Part shown: piece by piece, positions 49,742 through 62,813 of the stretch | Layout of the letters: each line of letters opens with the position of its first letter | How positions within the stretch are numbered: the first letter of the stretch is position 1 | Assembly: GCF_964204645.1 (NCBI RefSeq) | Contig: NC_134030.1 | Coordinates: 5,126,778-5,190,777, forward strand | Direction of reading: 5' to 3' | Source: Tubulanus polymorphus | Lineage: Eukaryota; Animalia; Nemertea | DNA length: 64,000 nucleotides | Position numbers and translations under genes: made by a program | Notes under the pieces: generated by a model | Database searches by the model: none | Seen by the model: the letters and a program-made list of their open reading frames with translations, nothing else | Told to the model about the DNA's origin: nothing

Positions 49742-50728
49742 TCAATCGCATCTAAATTTCATGCGAATTTGTCGCCTCAATTTGCGACTAGAAATGTAAT
49801 ACAAAATGAAGTTTATACACGAGTTCGAACAAGTGAAAAAGTGCCCAAGTGCTGAAAGTTGACTCTTTTTGTTTTTTGGAACGAACCATCTTAAAGCCTT
49901 TTGGAATCCTGAAGGGAATTCGAATATTAGATACGACATGACCGCCATAAATGCTAAAATTGATGCCTGATGTTGCACGGCTGTTGAAGATGAATCTTTA
50001 CTTGAAATTATATTCCTGTTTCTTGTTGCTGTAACTAGTGATTTCACAATTACAATATTGGCAATGACCATTATGAAAAAAGGTGAGAAGCTGATCAGTC
50101 CTATATGCATTAACGTGCGAAAATCCTTTCTAACGTACGGGATCAACGTGCTACGAATCATCACAATCGTCTCCTCAAATGGACAAGCCACTGTTACATA
50201 GGAGAGTGATTGATAGTACAGACGCCATGTACACTGCGATAATGCACAAATGATTATAACCACAAAACAAGTTACTTTATAAACTTTGGTCGTCATATAA
50301 ACTCGAGCCTTGAATGGAAAAACAATAGCCACAGCCCGTTCTATACTTATCATTACTGTTATCCAGTTTCTCATCATTTTTGCAGTTGGATTCACCATTA
50401 AATAGATCAAGTACGCTTCGATTTCGCGGTCCTTTCTCATGAATATTCCCGCTCCCAATCGCGACCACTCGTACAGATACCGAATCGGTCGGTCTATGAC
50501 CATTATGATGAGGTAGTTATTTTCCACGAAGGCGAGAATCCGCAAAATAGTGAAAGTCGGAACGTTTGAATTGTAGGACGACATGACGTAAATCGTCAAT
50601 GAATTCAGAACCATTCCGGCGATTGAGACTGGTAAAATAGCATAAACATTAAACAACCATTGCACGTATGTAGCATGGATAAACTTGCAATTTCTTCTGG
50701 TTGAATTTCCTGTCTCTGGCATGTTCAA
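49742..50728 (-). CDS. Intronless class A GPCR, peptide/chemoreceptor-like orphan, tandem copy 1
   Basis: 328 aa, 7 TM segments, ISIERA, FEFP, INFILY. Confidence 0.92.
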   Translation of the reverse strand: MNMPETGNSTRRNCKFIHATYVQWLFNVYAILPVSIAGMVLNSLTIYVMSSYNSNVPTFTILRILAFVENNYLIIMVIDRPIRYLYEWSRLGAGIFMRKDREIEAYLIYLMVNPTAKMMRNWITVMISIERAVAIVFPFKARVYMTTKVYKVTCFVVIIICALSQCTWRLYYQSLSYVTVACPFEETIVMIRSTLIPYVRKDFRTLMHIGLISFSPFFIMVIANIVIVKSLVTATRNRNIISSKDSSSTAVQHQASILAFMAVMSYLIFEFPSGFQKALRWFVPKNKKSQLSALGHFFTCSNSCINFILYYISSRKLRRQIRMKFRCD

Positions 50729-51626
50729 TAATTCTTAACAATCTGTAGAATCTTGTAGCGATCATTATGAACGTTACAAGAACGATAATTGCAAAATCAA
50801 TCCTTGAAGTTAAGATAATGACCATACTTCGCTGTAAAATAGTCATGATGTTTAGGCGTGGTATGATTTGCGACAAATTTTCTGTAATTTAGAATTGCTT
50901 TCATTTGCACTGATCATAGTCGTTTTGTGCAAAGTCTTCAGCTCAAGTGTGAAAACATATAAATCAATGATTCAAATACGACAGAGATTTCGATGATACC
51001 CCTGAATATTTATTTTCGATTCGATTTAAAACAATAAAAAACCGGCTTGAATTCATCTTAAGAACTAAGGCCCAACGTCTTACATGAACAAAAACTAAGT
51101 ATTAGATATCTTATAAAATTCTAACATATTTTATATTTTTCAAGCATTGTCCGTGTGTTTATATATTTATGTGCATGTTGCGTGAGTGTGATGAATGTGG
51201 TGAGGATGCTTCTGGGAGACACGACTTAGACTGATTCAGTCTCGCCGTGTTCCGCAATTTGTTCCATTTTTCCCTTCCTCATATCATTTCACTTCAAGTG
51301 ACGAAAATAAATTTCTATTCTATTCTTTAACACCAGTGCATGGAAATGAATTTATTTTCATTCACATTTTGCTTTAGGCCTAGTACAGGAAGACAGTTAT
51401 TTTTCATGGCTCATAAATTGTGTGCTGTTTTATTTAATTTTTTTCCCAAAACAAACGTTTTTCAATGGCACCTGAAAACTGCGACTACCGCACGTGCTGC
51501 ATGTGCGACAGTCTGGGATCCGCGCCTATGCAGTTGGAGCTATTACATTCACTTTTCAGTCAATTCAAATCGGGTAGGAGTATATGGCCGGGAAAAGTAG
51601 TATCGGTTTTCGCCAGACTAAAATGA

Positions 51627-51716
51627 GTTCCTTTTTTGCTCCTGCTACTAGTGATTTGATAATTATAACATTCGCAATGACCATACAATAAGGTGAGAAG
51701 CTGATCAGTCCTATAT
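51627..51716 (-). pseudogene. GPCR remnant (TM5 region) between the two tandem GPCRs
   Basis: actagtgattt..gcaatgaccat..aggtgagaagctgatcagtcctatat matches ~50012-50106 and ~52251-52346. Confidence 0.75.
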
Positions 51717-51980
51717 AGTCGTCGGTTTGAGATGTTACTCGTTCGTGAGGTTTCTATATATTGATGTCAAGATGATGCTTGGATATAAACGGTCGATTTT
51801 CCTCATATTTCGTTGATAAACAATATAGGAATTATCCATACCTGACATTCTGTTAGCATCCTGGAGAAATGAGAATGTCACCATATTTATTCATTTGTCT
51901 CCGGGCTCCGTCCCTCGCATGCCAGAGTTGCGAAGCTACGATTTCGCATGCAATAGTCGAAGTTTAATGATATCTTTAGG

Positions 51981-52961
51981 TCATTTGCATCTCAATTTTA
52001 CTCGAACTTGTTGCCTCAATTTCTTACTAGAGATGCAATACAAAATGAAATTCATACACGAATTTGAAGAAGTGAGAAGGTGTCCGAGTGAAGCAAGTTG
52101 GGGGTATTTGTTTTTTTGAATGAACTTACTAAACGCCTTTTCAAATCCTGAAGGGAATTCGAATAATAAATATGACATCACAGCTACAAATGCTAAAATT
52201 GATGCTTGATGTTGTACAGCAGCTGAGGATGAATCTTTACTTGAAATCGTATTCCTGTTTCTTGTTGCTATGAACAGTGATCTAATAATTATGATATCCG
52301 CAATGGCCATTATGAAAAAAGGTGAGAAGCTGATCAGTCCTATATGCATTAACGCGGGAAAATCTTTATTTACGTACGGAATACTTAATGAACGAGATAT
52401 CGAGATTTTCTCCTCAAACGGACAAAGCACCATTTTATAGATTAGGGACTTATAGTAAAGACGCCAACTACATTGCGATAATGCACAAACAATGATAACT
52501 ACAGTACAGATCATTTTGCATACTCGGGTCGTCATATAAACTCGAGCCTTGAATGGAAAAACAATAGCCACAGCCCGTTCTACACTGATCATTACTGTTA
52601 TCCAGTTTCTTGTCATTTTTACAGTTGGATTTACCCCATAATGGATCAAAAACGCTCCAATTTCGGGGTCTTCTCTCATGAATATTCCCTCTCCCAACCG
52701 CGACCACTCGTACAGATACCGAATCGGTCGGTTTATGGCCCAGATGATCAAAAATATATTTTCCACGAAGGCGAGAATTCGTAAAATAGTGAAAGTCGGA
52801 ACGTTTGAATTGTAGGACGACAACACGTAGATCGTTAACGAATTCAGAATAATTCCGGCGATTGAGACTGGTAAAATAGCATAAATATTAAACAACCATT
52901 TCACGTATGTAGCGTGGATCAACTTGCAATTTCTACCAGTAACATTCCCCGTATTAAGCAT
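51981..52961 (-). CDS. Intronless class A GPCR, tandem copy 2 (paralogue of 49742-50728)
   Basis: 326 aa, colinear and highly similar to copy 1; ISVERA, MNFILY. Confidence 0.92.
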   Translation of the reverse strand: MLNTGNVTGRNCKLIHATYVKWLFNIYAILPVSIAGIILNSLTIYVLSSYNSNVPTFTILRILAFVENIFLIIWAINRPIRYLYEWSRLGEGIFMREDPEIGAFLIHYGVNPTVKMTRNWITVMISVERAVAIVFPFKARVYMTTRVCKMICTVVIIVCALSQCSWRLYYKSLIYKMVLCPFEEKISISRSLSIPYVNKDFPALMHIGLISFSPFFIMAIADIIIIRSLFIATRNRNTISSKDSSSAAVQHQASILAFVAVMSYLLFEFPSGFEKAFSKFIQKNKYPQLASLGHLLTSSNSCMNFILYCISSKKLRQQVRVKLRCK

Positions 52962-54881
52962 GTTGTCTAATTCTCAACAACTTGCAGCGACTATCATCAG
53001 TGTTGCTTGTAAACCAACATCCCGTTGAGATAATAACCCTTTCGCTACTCATGATGTGGTATCATTTGTGACATATTGACATTGCATCCATTTTAATGAA
53101 ACGCATGGTATTGTTATTTGCAGTGATTTCAGCCTCATCGTGTCATGTGAGAAAATATATCAGATATATATTTCTGGCAATATATACATCTAACGCAAAA
53201 TACGTTAACTGTTTGAATTTATTTCATTTATTTTCTCTATTGAAATGATCAACCAATACACGAAACACTGAATTAGATACAACTCTCGTGCCGGAAAATA
53301 TGGCTGAATCTAAAATCCACTCGAGGCGCAATGTCCGGTCTCTAAATGTCGCAGGCATCCGCGGTTTGCCGATTCGGCCACGGTTACCGGACGATTGTGA
53401 GTTTACGGTAAACCACCATAGTTCTCATTCTTTGGGTATCTTATTAGGAAATAAGTAAATCTACACCTGGCTCTGTTAAACGGCACAGGGAATTGTGAGA
53501 ATGTCGCCACTATTCATAGGTGCCAATCCTCTACGCAATTCTAGCGCGTAGTAATAATGCGTATATTGACTAATTCAGGGTTAGTTAGTAAATAAATTGA
53601 AATGCTTGCTTTGATCCAAAAACTCCGCATTAACCACTCATTATAATTGACATAAAAACCTTTCACAAATTTGCTGACTGTTGTTCTGCTGACGGTGTTT
53701 TTTTTTGCGGTGCACAAATTAAGACTAACGATAATTGACCGTTGTTTGCTAATAATCACGTATCGTATTTTGTTCTGTTTTCGGACGGATTTTTCCACCG
53801 CAAATGACCCTAATTTCTCCATTTACGTTCATACCAGTTTGGAGTAAACTCAGCGACGCCAAAGCGTCACATAATCATCACCAATCGCGTCATGCTAATA
53901 CACAGGTCCAATTTCTGTGATCTTTTTGGAAAGAAAAGCTTAGTTAAAAAATGTCGCATGTCCAGATTCACTGGTTTTCAGTTGCACGCAGCTATTTGAT
54001 AAGGCACAATTCAATATCTCTAAGTGAAATGCATATTTGTAATAAAAACTGTTGCAATATTTTTTCTAACTCGTGTAGCGCTATTGGAAAATGATCCTGT
54101 TTTTGTATGACGGTTAAGGAGAGTATTTTGCCAAAAGAGAAGAAAAAATATATAAATGGTATGCAATATGTAATGATGCACTAACGTGTAACTTTCTGAA
54201 AAAACGCCGGCATTCGAAATGTGGAGCAATAAATCACAAAAAACAACGATTTCGCGTAATTCACACAATTGAAGCATTAGCTGTAATCATGTAAGCAATA
54301 ATGATACAGTAGTATACGCATTATACTCTACTACAGGAGGGACATATTCATACATACATTCTACCTCTTCAATCTCCACGGTCAGGATGACAAGGTATGG
54401 CTCTCATTACGGAAAGAAATGTCGTTAGATCTTATTTCATAAGGATATAACCCCAAAAGAAGAGATACCGATTACCGATTCAAGAATTTTTGGAAAAAGT
54501 CGTGGGTTTAAATCGGTGTAGATCAACAAAACTAATCAAGAAGCTAAACTACAAGCATTTTTAGAAAAAGATAAGATTTTCCCTCATCTATATACGATTT
54601 TCCTCACCGGGGAAATTCTTGAACTTTTGGCGCGCAAATTTACGTGCGATAATTTGCGCCCAATTTTCTGAGATCGATATAGGTCAGTAGTGCAGCGTAA
54701 AACTGGAATATTCTGAACGGTTGTATGTATTTCTGATTTGATAGCGCATCAGGACACATAAACTCCCAATGCGGGATATACGTACAAAATGCTATTCGAT
54801 AAAAACTTGTTATGTTAAAAATACTGTGTGAAATGCGAAACGTAGAATAACGTGTTTTATGAATATATATATACCACGACT

Positions 54882-57800
54882 ATGGTATATTGTGGTAACT
54901 GTTTGTTCATATGTCTAGAGACACTGACGAATTGGAATATTGTTAATTTTCTATCAGAGAACTTGCTAATTCTTTGGTAAGTATTATGCCGGTTACATTT
55001 CCTCGCTATCAGAATCAAGAATGTTCAAATTCCGTTTTGACTTTTGGAGTAAGAGCCTTGCTGTGTAAAATTATTGCGGTTTGGCACCAAAATGAATAAA
55101 AATGTATGCTATCAAATTGTAGCTGATGACGTCATGCAGGCCATAATTCGACTTGCATACTGTGCGCTGATTTTCAGCTGTGGGGCGTATTATTCAACGC
55201 AAGGTAAATAATGAAACTAAATCACGGTTTTAAGTCATAATCAACAAAAACGAGGGTCAGGGGAACATGAAAATGTTCATTACCATCTAGAATGGAAAAT
55301 AAGCAAGATATTAGTTCTGTACTGCTTTTATCTACATTACGTTACATATCACGGTCGACAATTTAGATATTTTGTTCTGATTTCAGCTTGTGGTAAAGAC
55401 GATGTGTCCCGCCCCGTCATCTCACAAACGAGCTCGACGCCAGTAATGGGTGGAACATTGAAGATATCCTGTCAAACACCACGCACCTTGTCTTCCAAGT
55501 GTCTAGCGTTCGGACTTAAACTACAAAAAGGGGCGACGGATGTGGCTTCGTATCTCGGCCAGTCGAAATGTTTCGTCTCGAACAATATGAGAATAGACAG
55601 TATGTCGCGATGGGTAGCGAGGTGTAGTGATAATAACAAACTGGAATTAACCATTACAAACGTAGATAAAGCCGATTCCGGAGTTTATATATGTAGCATA
55701 CTGAATGAATACAGCACGAAAGTTACAGTTAACGTTTATTGTAAGTTAATCAAAATAATCTAAAGATCTTATATTATGTATTATACGTATAATACTTGTC
55801 TCTCATATCTGATGGTTTTCCCTCTCGCAGATCCAGCGACCGCGGTCGTGTTGAATATCGACAAATCCTCTGCCAGAGAGAACGACCGCGCAACTGTCGT
55901 ATTAACGTGTGCGGCGTCCGGCGGCAATCCTGCGTATTACGAATACTCGTGGTTGTTTCAGAGATTTGGTGAAACTGCCCGCGTGTTACGGGATCAAAGA
56001 TCAAGCACGCTTACTCTGAGTCGAGTGACTTACATGAACGCCGGGCAATATCGATGTGACGTCATCAATGATGGCGGAAAGGAAACCAGTAATGTTGTCT
56101 CATTGAACGTACAACGTAAGTATGCTTTGAATTCTAGTCCATAATTCAAACCGTGTCGTCTTGTTATGTTCGGAAATATAACATTCATTACAGATAAACC
56201 AGTCGTTCGAACTATTTTACCCCCGGAGTTGAGAATCGAGTCAATGAACCACGGCAACGTGGTTGTGACGTTTACGGCAAGACCGGAAGTGAGTAGCTTC
56301 ACCTGCGCAATGGCCGGTCAGACTGTAGCCCGATCTCGCCAGCCGACAAAGGTTGAAAGAACTGGAAATAACGTCTGGACTGTTTCGTACACTCAAGTGA
56401 GCGTCGGCGATTACGGGGAATACAGTTGTACGGCGAAAAATTCAGAGGGCACAACTCCCGTGAAACTCATCATCGGAAGTCCAGGTATACTTATAAGAAT
56501 ACAGCTTCTAAGCCGTTCAAAGCAAAGGTCCCTGACTATCTCTATTTGGTTCGCGTGGAAATGTAAATTATGAATTTTTAAATGGGTGTATAATCTAGAA
56601 GTTTTACGCCATGCTTTAAGAGAAGATGTGTACTTTGATTTACATGAAGGAATTCTAAAATATTTTCAAATTATAGGAATACCCGAAGCACCGACCAATA
56701 TAACCGTTGAACCGACTGATACTAATGGGTTACGTGTCCGCTGGATCAGCAGATTCGATGGCGGCTCCCCGCAACAGTTCACCATCAAGTTTCGGCGAAA
56801 AGGTTCGACGACGGAATGGCAGCAGATCTCCGGAATACGCGATCCGGGTTACAAACGACCTCAGTCGTACACTATCGAGAATCTTGAAGTCGGTTCTCAA
56901 TACGATATCATTGTGTCAGTCGTTAATCGTTATACTTCCGGTGATGTCGCAGTCGCCGGGGAACAAGTTAGCGGAAAAACCAATGGTACGTTAAGCGAAA
57001 TTCCATTCCGTCCGATTTTCGATAGCCGATAGTCGGCTGTTCTAATTTCTTGAACATACATGTTTGTTTTCTGATATCATGGAGATTTGTTTTTCAGATC
57101 GAGCTGCTTTGAGTAGCAGTGTAGTAGCGGCCGTTGTAGTTCCTATTCTCGCAGTTGTAGTGTGTATAACAATTGTCGCGTTTTGCATCCTGCGACAGAA
57201 AAGGAAACAGGCAGCTGCAACCTCCGCCACGACTAAACCACCCAAATTAGGTAAATCTGCGGTATAATGTACACAGTAAACATTTTCAACGGCGATCAAG
57301 TAACATTCACAGTGCACACCATCAATTGGTGCCTTTTCAGGCGTAGCAGTTCTTCCGACGGAGGGTTTCGAATATCCAAATCACGAAGCTGTGAATGGAA
57401 ATCCATTGGGTTGCGACGAACTGGATTATGAAGTTACTGTTAAAAAAGCATATTTCAAACGACCCAGTCAACAAGAAGAGGCCACATATGCTAATATCGG
57501 GTACCAACCCGACTTGAAAGTAAGACCTGGAACCAGTTTTCTCATTTACAATTTGATTGAAAGTCATTGAAGTTAAGATTCATATAACAATCATTTAGAT
57601 TTTGGGTCCTGATCTTGGAATTTTGTTTACGATCCAATCGCTACGATATTCGATGCTAAATTTTCGAGTTCCAACGCATTATCTTATATATCTTACAAGC
57701 GTTTGAACTTTACCGATGTCTGTTTAGAAAATTGTGTTACATGTACTTTCGCCTTTTCTAGGATATTGGCGCCGATGGGACTATATACGCAAGCGGCGAT

Positions 57801-57989
57801 AGTGGAGGCGGGGGAGAGAAAGGTACTTCGCAGCGTCCAATGACCATCGTCGGTGACACCCAAGACTCGCAGTATTCCGAACTGGACATGACGAGGAAAG
57901 GCCCCGATCTGGCAACATTAAATGAACAAATGAAGCGACAAGAGCAATCCACTAGAAAGAGTGCGCCTAGAAAGGACACAGAAGTGTGA
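54882..57989 (+). CDS. Type I IgSF receptor: signal peptide, 3 Ig domains, FN3, TM, tyrosine-motif tail; exons ~54882-54894, 54958-54976, 55178-55203, 55387-55740, 55831-56115, 56194-56484, 56677-56985, 57098-57250, 57341-57519, 57762-57989
   Basis: DSGVYIC, NAGQYRC and DYGEYSC Ig F-strands; PEAP..W..FDGGSPQQF..W..LEVGSQY FN3; hydrophobic TM; tail ends DTEV*. One domain per phase-1 exon. The first micro-exons are tentative. Confidence 0.88.
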
Positions 57990-58277
57990 TATGTTATACA
58001 CACTGTCTTATTTAGATATGTATACATAAAGAAGAAAGGCATTTATTATCAATATCATTATCATTATCATAGTTATCATTTTATTATAACGCATGTGTCG
58101 AAAAATTGTAGATTATGCTAGTGTTTTGTTAAAAAGATATACGAAACTTAGGTCTTCTTAATAGGTTCATTTCGATCATCTGAATACATGTCTGTGTCAC
58201 ACAAGGACATTATCAGTTAATTCGAATAACAATTTACATTCATAAATAAAAGAAATTTGAAAATAAGAAAGCTTCAA

Positions 58278-58437
<160 letters not shown>

Positions 58438-58718
58438 ATTCCACACTAGAAATGACAAAATAGAGCCCGAAAAGTTTTCTTAAGCGTTAGTTTATCCGAC
58501 GTTTCGACTATATCAAAATCATATTCGGTTATTACCCTGATAAAAATGGAAAAGGAAAACCCTTGAGATACCTGAAAGTTTTTGCAAAGTTCATAATACA
58601 TGTACAACAAAAGCGCAGCAAATGCACGTATGTACGTACACTTGCATTTAAGCGCACAGTCAATACTATAATCTTTTTGTTATGATTTCATGTCCTTCAG
58701 CCACATATTTCTGGAAAT

Positions 58719-59108
58719 CTATACATCTTGAGTGACATTTTTGTGAATTTCTGCCACCTTTGAGTCGGCAATTTGAACTTTTCTCATCTGTAAGTAATTT
58801 GGCGCACCATCTTGACCATCAAAAGACACGATACCAAAAACAACGTAACCAAAAATACCGATGAGCAGGATTAAACTAAAAATAATCAAAGCGGTCGTGA
58901 CGATGATATTTCGCAAAAACCAATCCATTTCACTGGAAAGTGATACCGAAATTTCGTGATCATCCCGTTGAACCTGAAATGATAGAAAACATCTAAATAA
59001 CGGTCAACGTTAAGAAAGGATCTATTTCTTTTTACTACTTACATTTGACGGTGTCGGACGTTCAAGGAACGCGGTACAGTCTCCTATCGTGTGCAGAGGA
59101 CAGGACAT
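58719..59108 (-). CDS. Small single-pass membrane protein of unknown function (~106 aa; exons 59108-59043, 58973-58719)
   Basis: An in-phase GT-AG join gives MSCPLHTIGDCTAFLERPTPSN|VQRDD...IIVTTALIIFSLILLIGIFGYVVFGIV...QDV*. The frame stays open upstream through an exon at 60113-60066. Confidence 0.5.
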
Positions 59109-60197
59109 ATTTACCAATCTATTATAGCGTTGCCCCCATGTATGGAAACTAAAAAATAGACATCCCTGCATATAAACATCCTAATATTATCGTAAATACA
59201 TGAATTTCAGGTCTGGCGGAACCGAAGCGGCTATGGCCGGGCTAATAATTTTTGCCGATTGTAATTTTTTTGGAAAACGTTTTCGTGATCGACTATATGA
59301 AATCATTATATATGCTGTATCGTATTCGACGGATGTGTGGAAAATAACACAAGAGGTGGAAATACTACAACGTTGATATTATGAAAATCAATGGAGAATT
59401 GCTCCGGCATTTTTATGCGCATTTAAGATCTCACCTCGTTGCTTGTTTGAAAACATCTGCTGAACACGAAGCTAGCATGCATGTATATATTGTTATCGTC
59501 TGTCGTCAATTCATAAAAAATAAAAACATACATGGCAATACACAATGCTTTTTAGGCCGATTCACCGCGAGCAATGGGCGATCCGAATAAGTCTTTAAAG
59601 AGTATTAGAAAACAAAAGATGTGCGAATGAACAGTTGCCCATCAGCATTTTTGCGACAGAAAATGAAGTCTTTCTCCCGGCGGGCAACATAGCACCAGCC
59701 GGTGGCGCCGCCCCTGCTATTAGCCAACCAGCCTATCAACGCGAAGTAAACACGTCCCTTACAGTTCCGGATCTCAGGCGTAAAGTTGAATATTTTACCA
59801 CCCTCTATCCCCTGCCTGCGCCTGCATTTTTATAGCCCACTTACGATTAATCAAGAACTTTTACCTTTTACTCCGAACTAGGTCAAACAGCTGGGGCGTT
59901 TGACTTGGGCGTTTGACCGCGTAGTATTTTTTCTGATAATTACTTAATTCAAAAACTAGGTCAAACCAGCTGGGGCGGTTGACCTAGTTATTATTGTATG
60001 ACCTTGTTTGTAATTCGTTGCAAAAATGATTTTCAAAATTTCATTGTATAATATTACTCATTTACCTGTTGACAATGAGAGCAATGGCAGTCTTTAGAAC
60101 TGAAGCAGTCAATCTAGAAACGTAAAACAAAATAGTTTAGTAATATATATATAGATATTAATCCTGACATTTCCCATGTTCAACTGGATTTTGTCAT

Positions 60198-61240
60198 TCA
60201 GAGCGCACCACAGGGATGAATGTTCTTTGGCCAGAACAATTTCGAATTGCAATTGCGGTATGGCGATTTGTGTCGACATAGGATGGATTTATTGTATTTC
60301 CTCTTTAAATTCCATATTATAATGAATCTTGGATAGCTTGATTAAACGCATCAAACATTTCGTTATTGGTATTGGCCACTTACACCGGATTGTGGAGATG
60401 TAGTCGACGCCGCTTCCACTATTCGAGACATGTCGTCGTGCATTAGAGATAATATGCTTTCCAAGCAGAAGTTTTGCTTTTCAATATCTAATCTACACAG
60501 CAATATAAATGCATCGCCCATGTATGACATCAGCTGTATAAATAAAAAACGAATTAAAAAACATATAATTGCCGCAGCTCTACATATGTAAAAGCGAATC
60601 TGTCTATGTTAAAACCGATCTTTAAAAAAGATCCACTACATATGTTTTGAAGTTTCATCGATTATAGCGGAAACCTCTCATTTACAGTGCACTGGACAAA
60701 ATACTGTTCAGCTTCATAAAGTCATATGTTAATCATTACCTGATTAAAGTTTTCAATTTGAGGCTGGTTTTGCCAGTATAATTCAGACTGGTGACTGCAC
60801 AATCGCCTCCTAGATTCAGCATCTTTCCAGGTCGAGACTAGATGTTGTATCGCCGTGCGCCGTTTGTTGTGTAGCGATGGTGACCCGTCATAATTCTCTG
60901 TCCCGCAGTAACTCCAACGAGGTACTTTTCTACCGTTGCACGTTTCGCTTACATCATTCGCCGAATAATCAATGTCCAATTCGAGAACGAATCCGAATTT
61001 ACTCGTTATAAATGTTCGTTCTAAGCCTTTCGATTTCAAACAACTACCGAGCAACGCATTTCTGAACAACATCGGAATTAACTCAACGTTATTTACAATG
61101 TCATAAACGTTACTCCCGGGTTTCTTGATGACTGGGTACCGTACCATTTGATACGAGTACCACAAAACGGTTCCGCACAACATCCCGATCATGAACGTTG
61201 CGGTGTACGATAAGAAAATGTTCAATTTACCTCCTCTCAT
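60198..61240 (-). CDS. Orphan type II membrane / Golgi-like Cys-containing protein (about 3 exons)
   Basis: MRGGKLNIFLSYTATFMIGMLCGTVLWYSY signal-anchor, a long open exon to NFNQ|gt (60740), an in-phase exon from 60533 (LMSYMGDAF...), and a possible last exon ending FWPKNIHPCGAL*. Confidence 0.55.
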
Positions 61241-62813
61241 TGTTTTCGGGTGAGATATCTGTCTGCTTAGAACCCTCATACTTTTAGATAGCCTAGCTAA
61301 CAGCGCTATACCGATTGATCTGCTCGAGTGTAAAAGGCACTGTCGACGTGTTGTTCGCGCTATTTTAAGCACCCGCCGTGTTATGATCAATGTATAATAT
61401 ACAACGATCTCTAAAGCAGAAATAATGTCAGTTCATAAGTTCATACGAAACCTCCAAAGACATAACAAAAAAAAATACACAGATAAAGGTTCGGGTTGAA
61501 TTCATTCACATACAAGATCTTGTTCCAAATTTTACAATAGATATAGTTGGGGTAAAATTGGAGGGTTAAATAGGACACTTGATTTATTAACCAGCTGGTA
61601 GTCCCCTGTTCTTGAATAGCTTTTTATTCTAATAAAACGTTTGGAAAAATTTTGCAGCAAATTCAAGGATCGCCATAATTTCATCAAAGTTGGATTCAGA
61701 AAGTTTGCATAATCGGGGATTTCTTATTATTTTGAGTGCCTATAAAGAGTATAAAAGGTTTCGATAACTTTGAATGTGTGTCTACTGTCAATTATAATTG
61801 TCTTTGCGACTGACTTTTTCGAATAAACTAGGCAGAATAGCCCGTTTACGTCTGTTCATGAGAGTAATTTCGTTGATTATTCGATGATTTGAGTTCTAGC
61901 TATGTATTTGTATATGTTAACCCACTGGGTAAAATAGGAATTACTAATGCACGGTTTGACTCCATGACCCTGTGTGTTTATGGGTCAGTTTTGAGATTCA
62001 ATCTTCTTGCAGCATTTGGGTAGTATCCTATCAGATCGTTTTAAGATATTCAACTGTACATGTGTGGTTTTAACTAAATGTTAAACCCTTAGCGGTGCCG
62101 TTTTCCCTGCAAGTGTATCAGCTACGCATAATTCTTTTCAGCAAATCAATGAGCCAATGAATTATGCGAAACATTTCGGATTCAGTTTTCTTGGAGAAAT
62201 GTGATATACATAAAAAACCCGCGTGTTTTCTATTCTATACGTTACACATGACGCAATGTTTCTGGGGTCGAAATGCAACGAATTCTTACTTCGGTGACAA
62301 TGGAACAGAACGGTGTACAAGCTTATATGCACGAGTCATAAGTGGAATCGAGATGCATAACGGACTAAAATACGTTTTCAAGCAAACACATTCGTATCAA
62401 TGCAGCGCAACTACTCGTAGATGAAGCTACACACAACCTGTTTATCCGAGCTGTTTAAACATGAACACGAGAAAACTAACGAGTGTGCCCTTTGAAAATA
62501 AGACGACTGTTTCCTCAAACCTATTTCTAATGTTTTCGGTTATCAAGGATGCAAGGGGCTTGATCCCTGCGTTCTTGTGCAACATCAGGATTGGGGTATC
62601 GGGTTGACGGGAGGTTATGCGTTTTGATGACCAGCACCATTTTGGACGTTTTGCACAAGCAGCAGCTGCTAACCGAAGTAAGACGTCATCTCTGTATCCT
62701 ACAGACTACTGATATGATGTAATGCAATGCTAAAATCTGACTTAAATTTATTCATTATGATCAAGATAAAATAAGTATATTTTGGCCGCGTAGATTAATG
62801 AATTTATCTAGTC

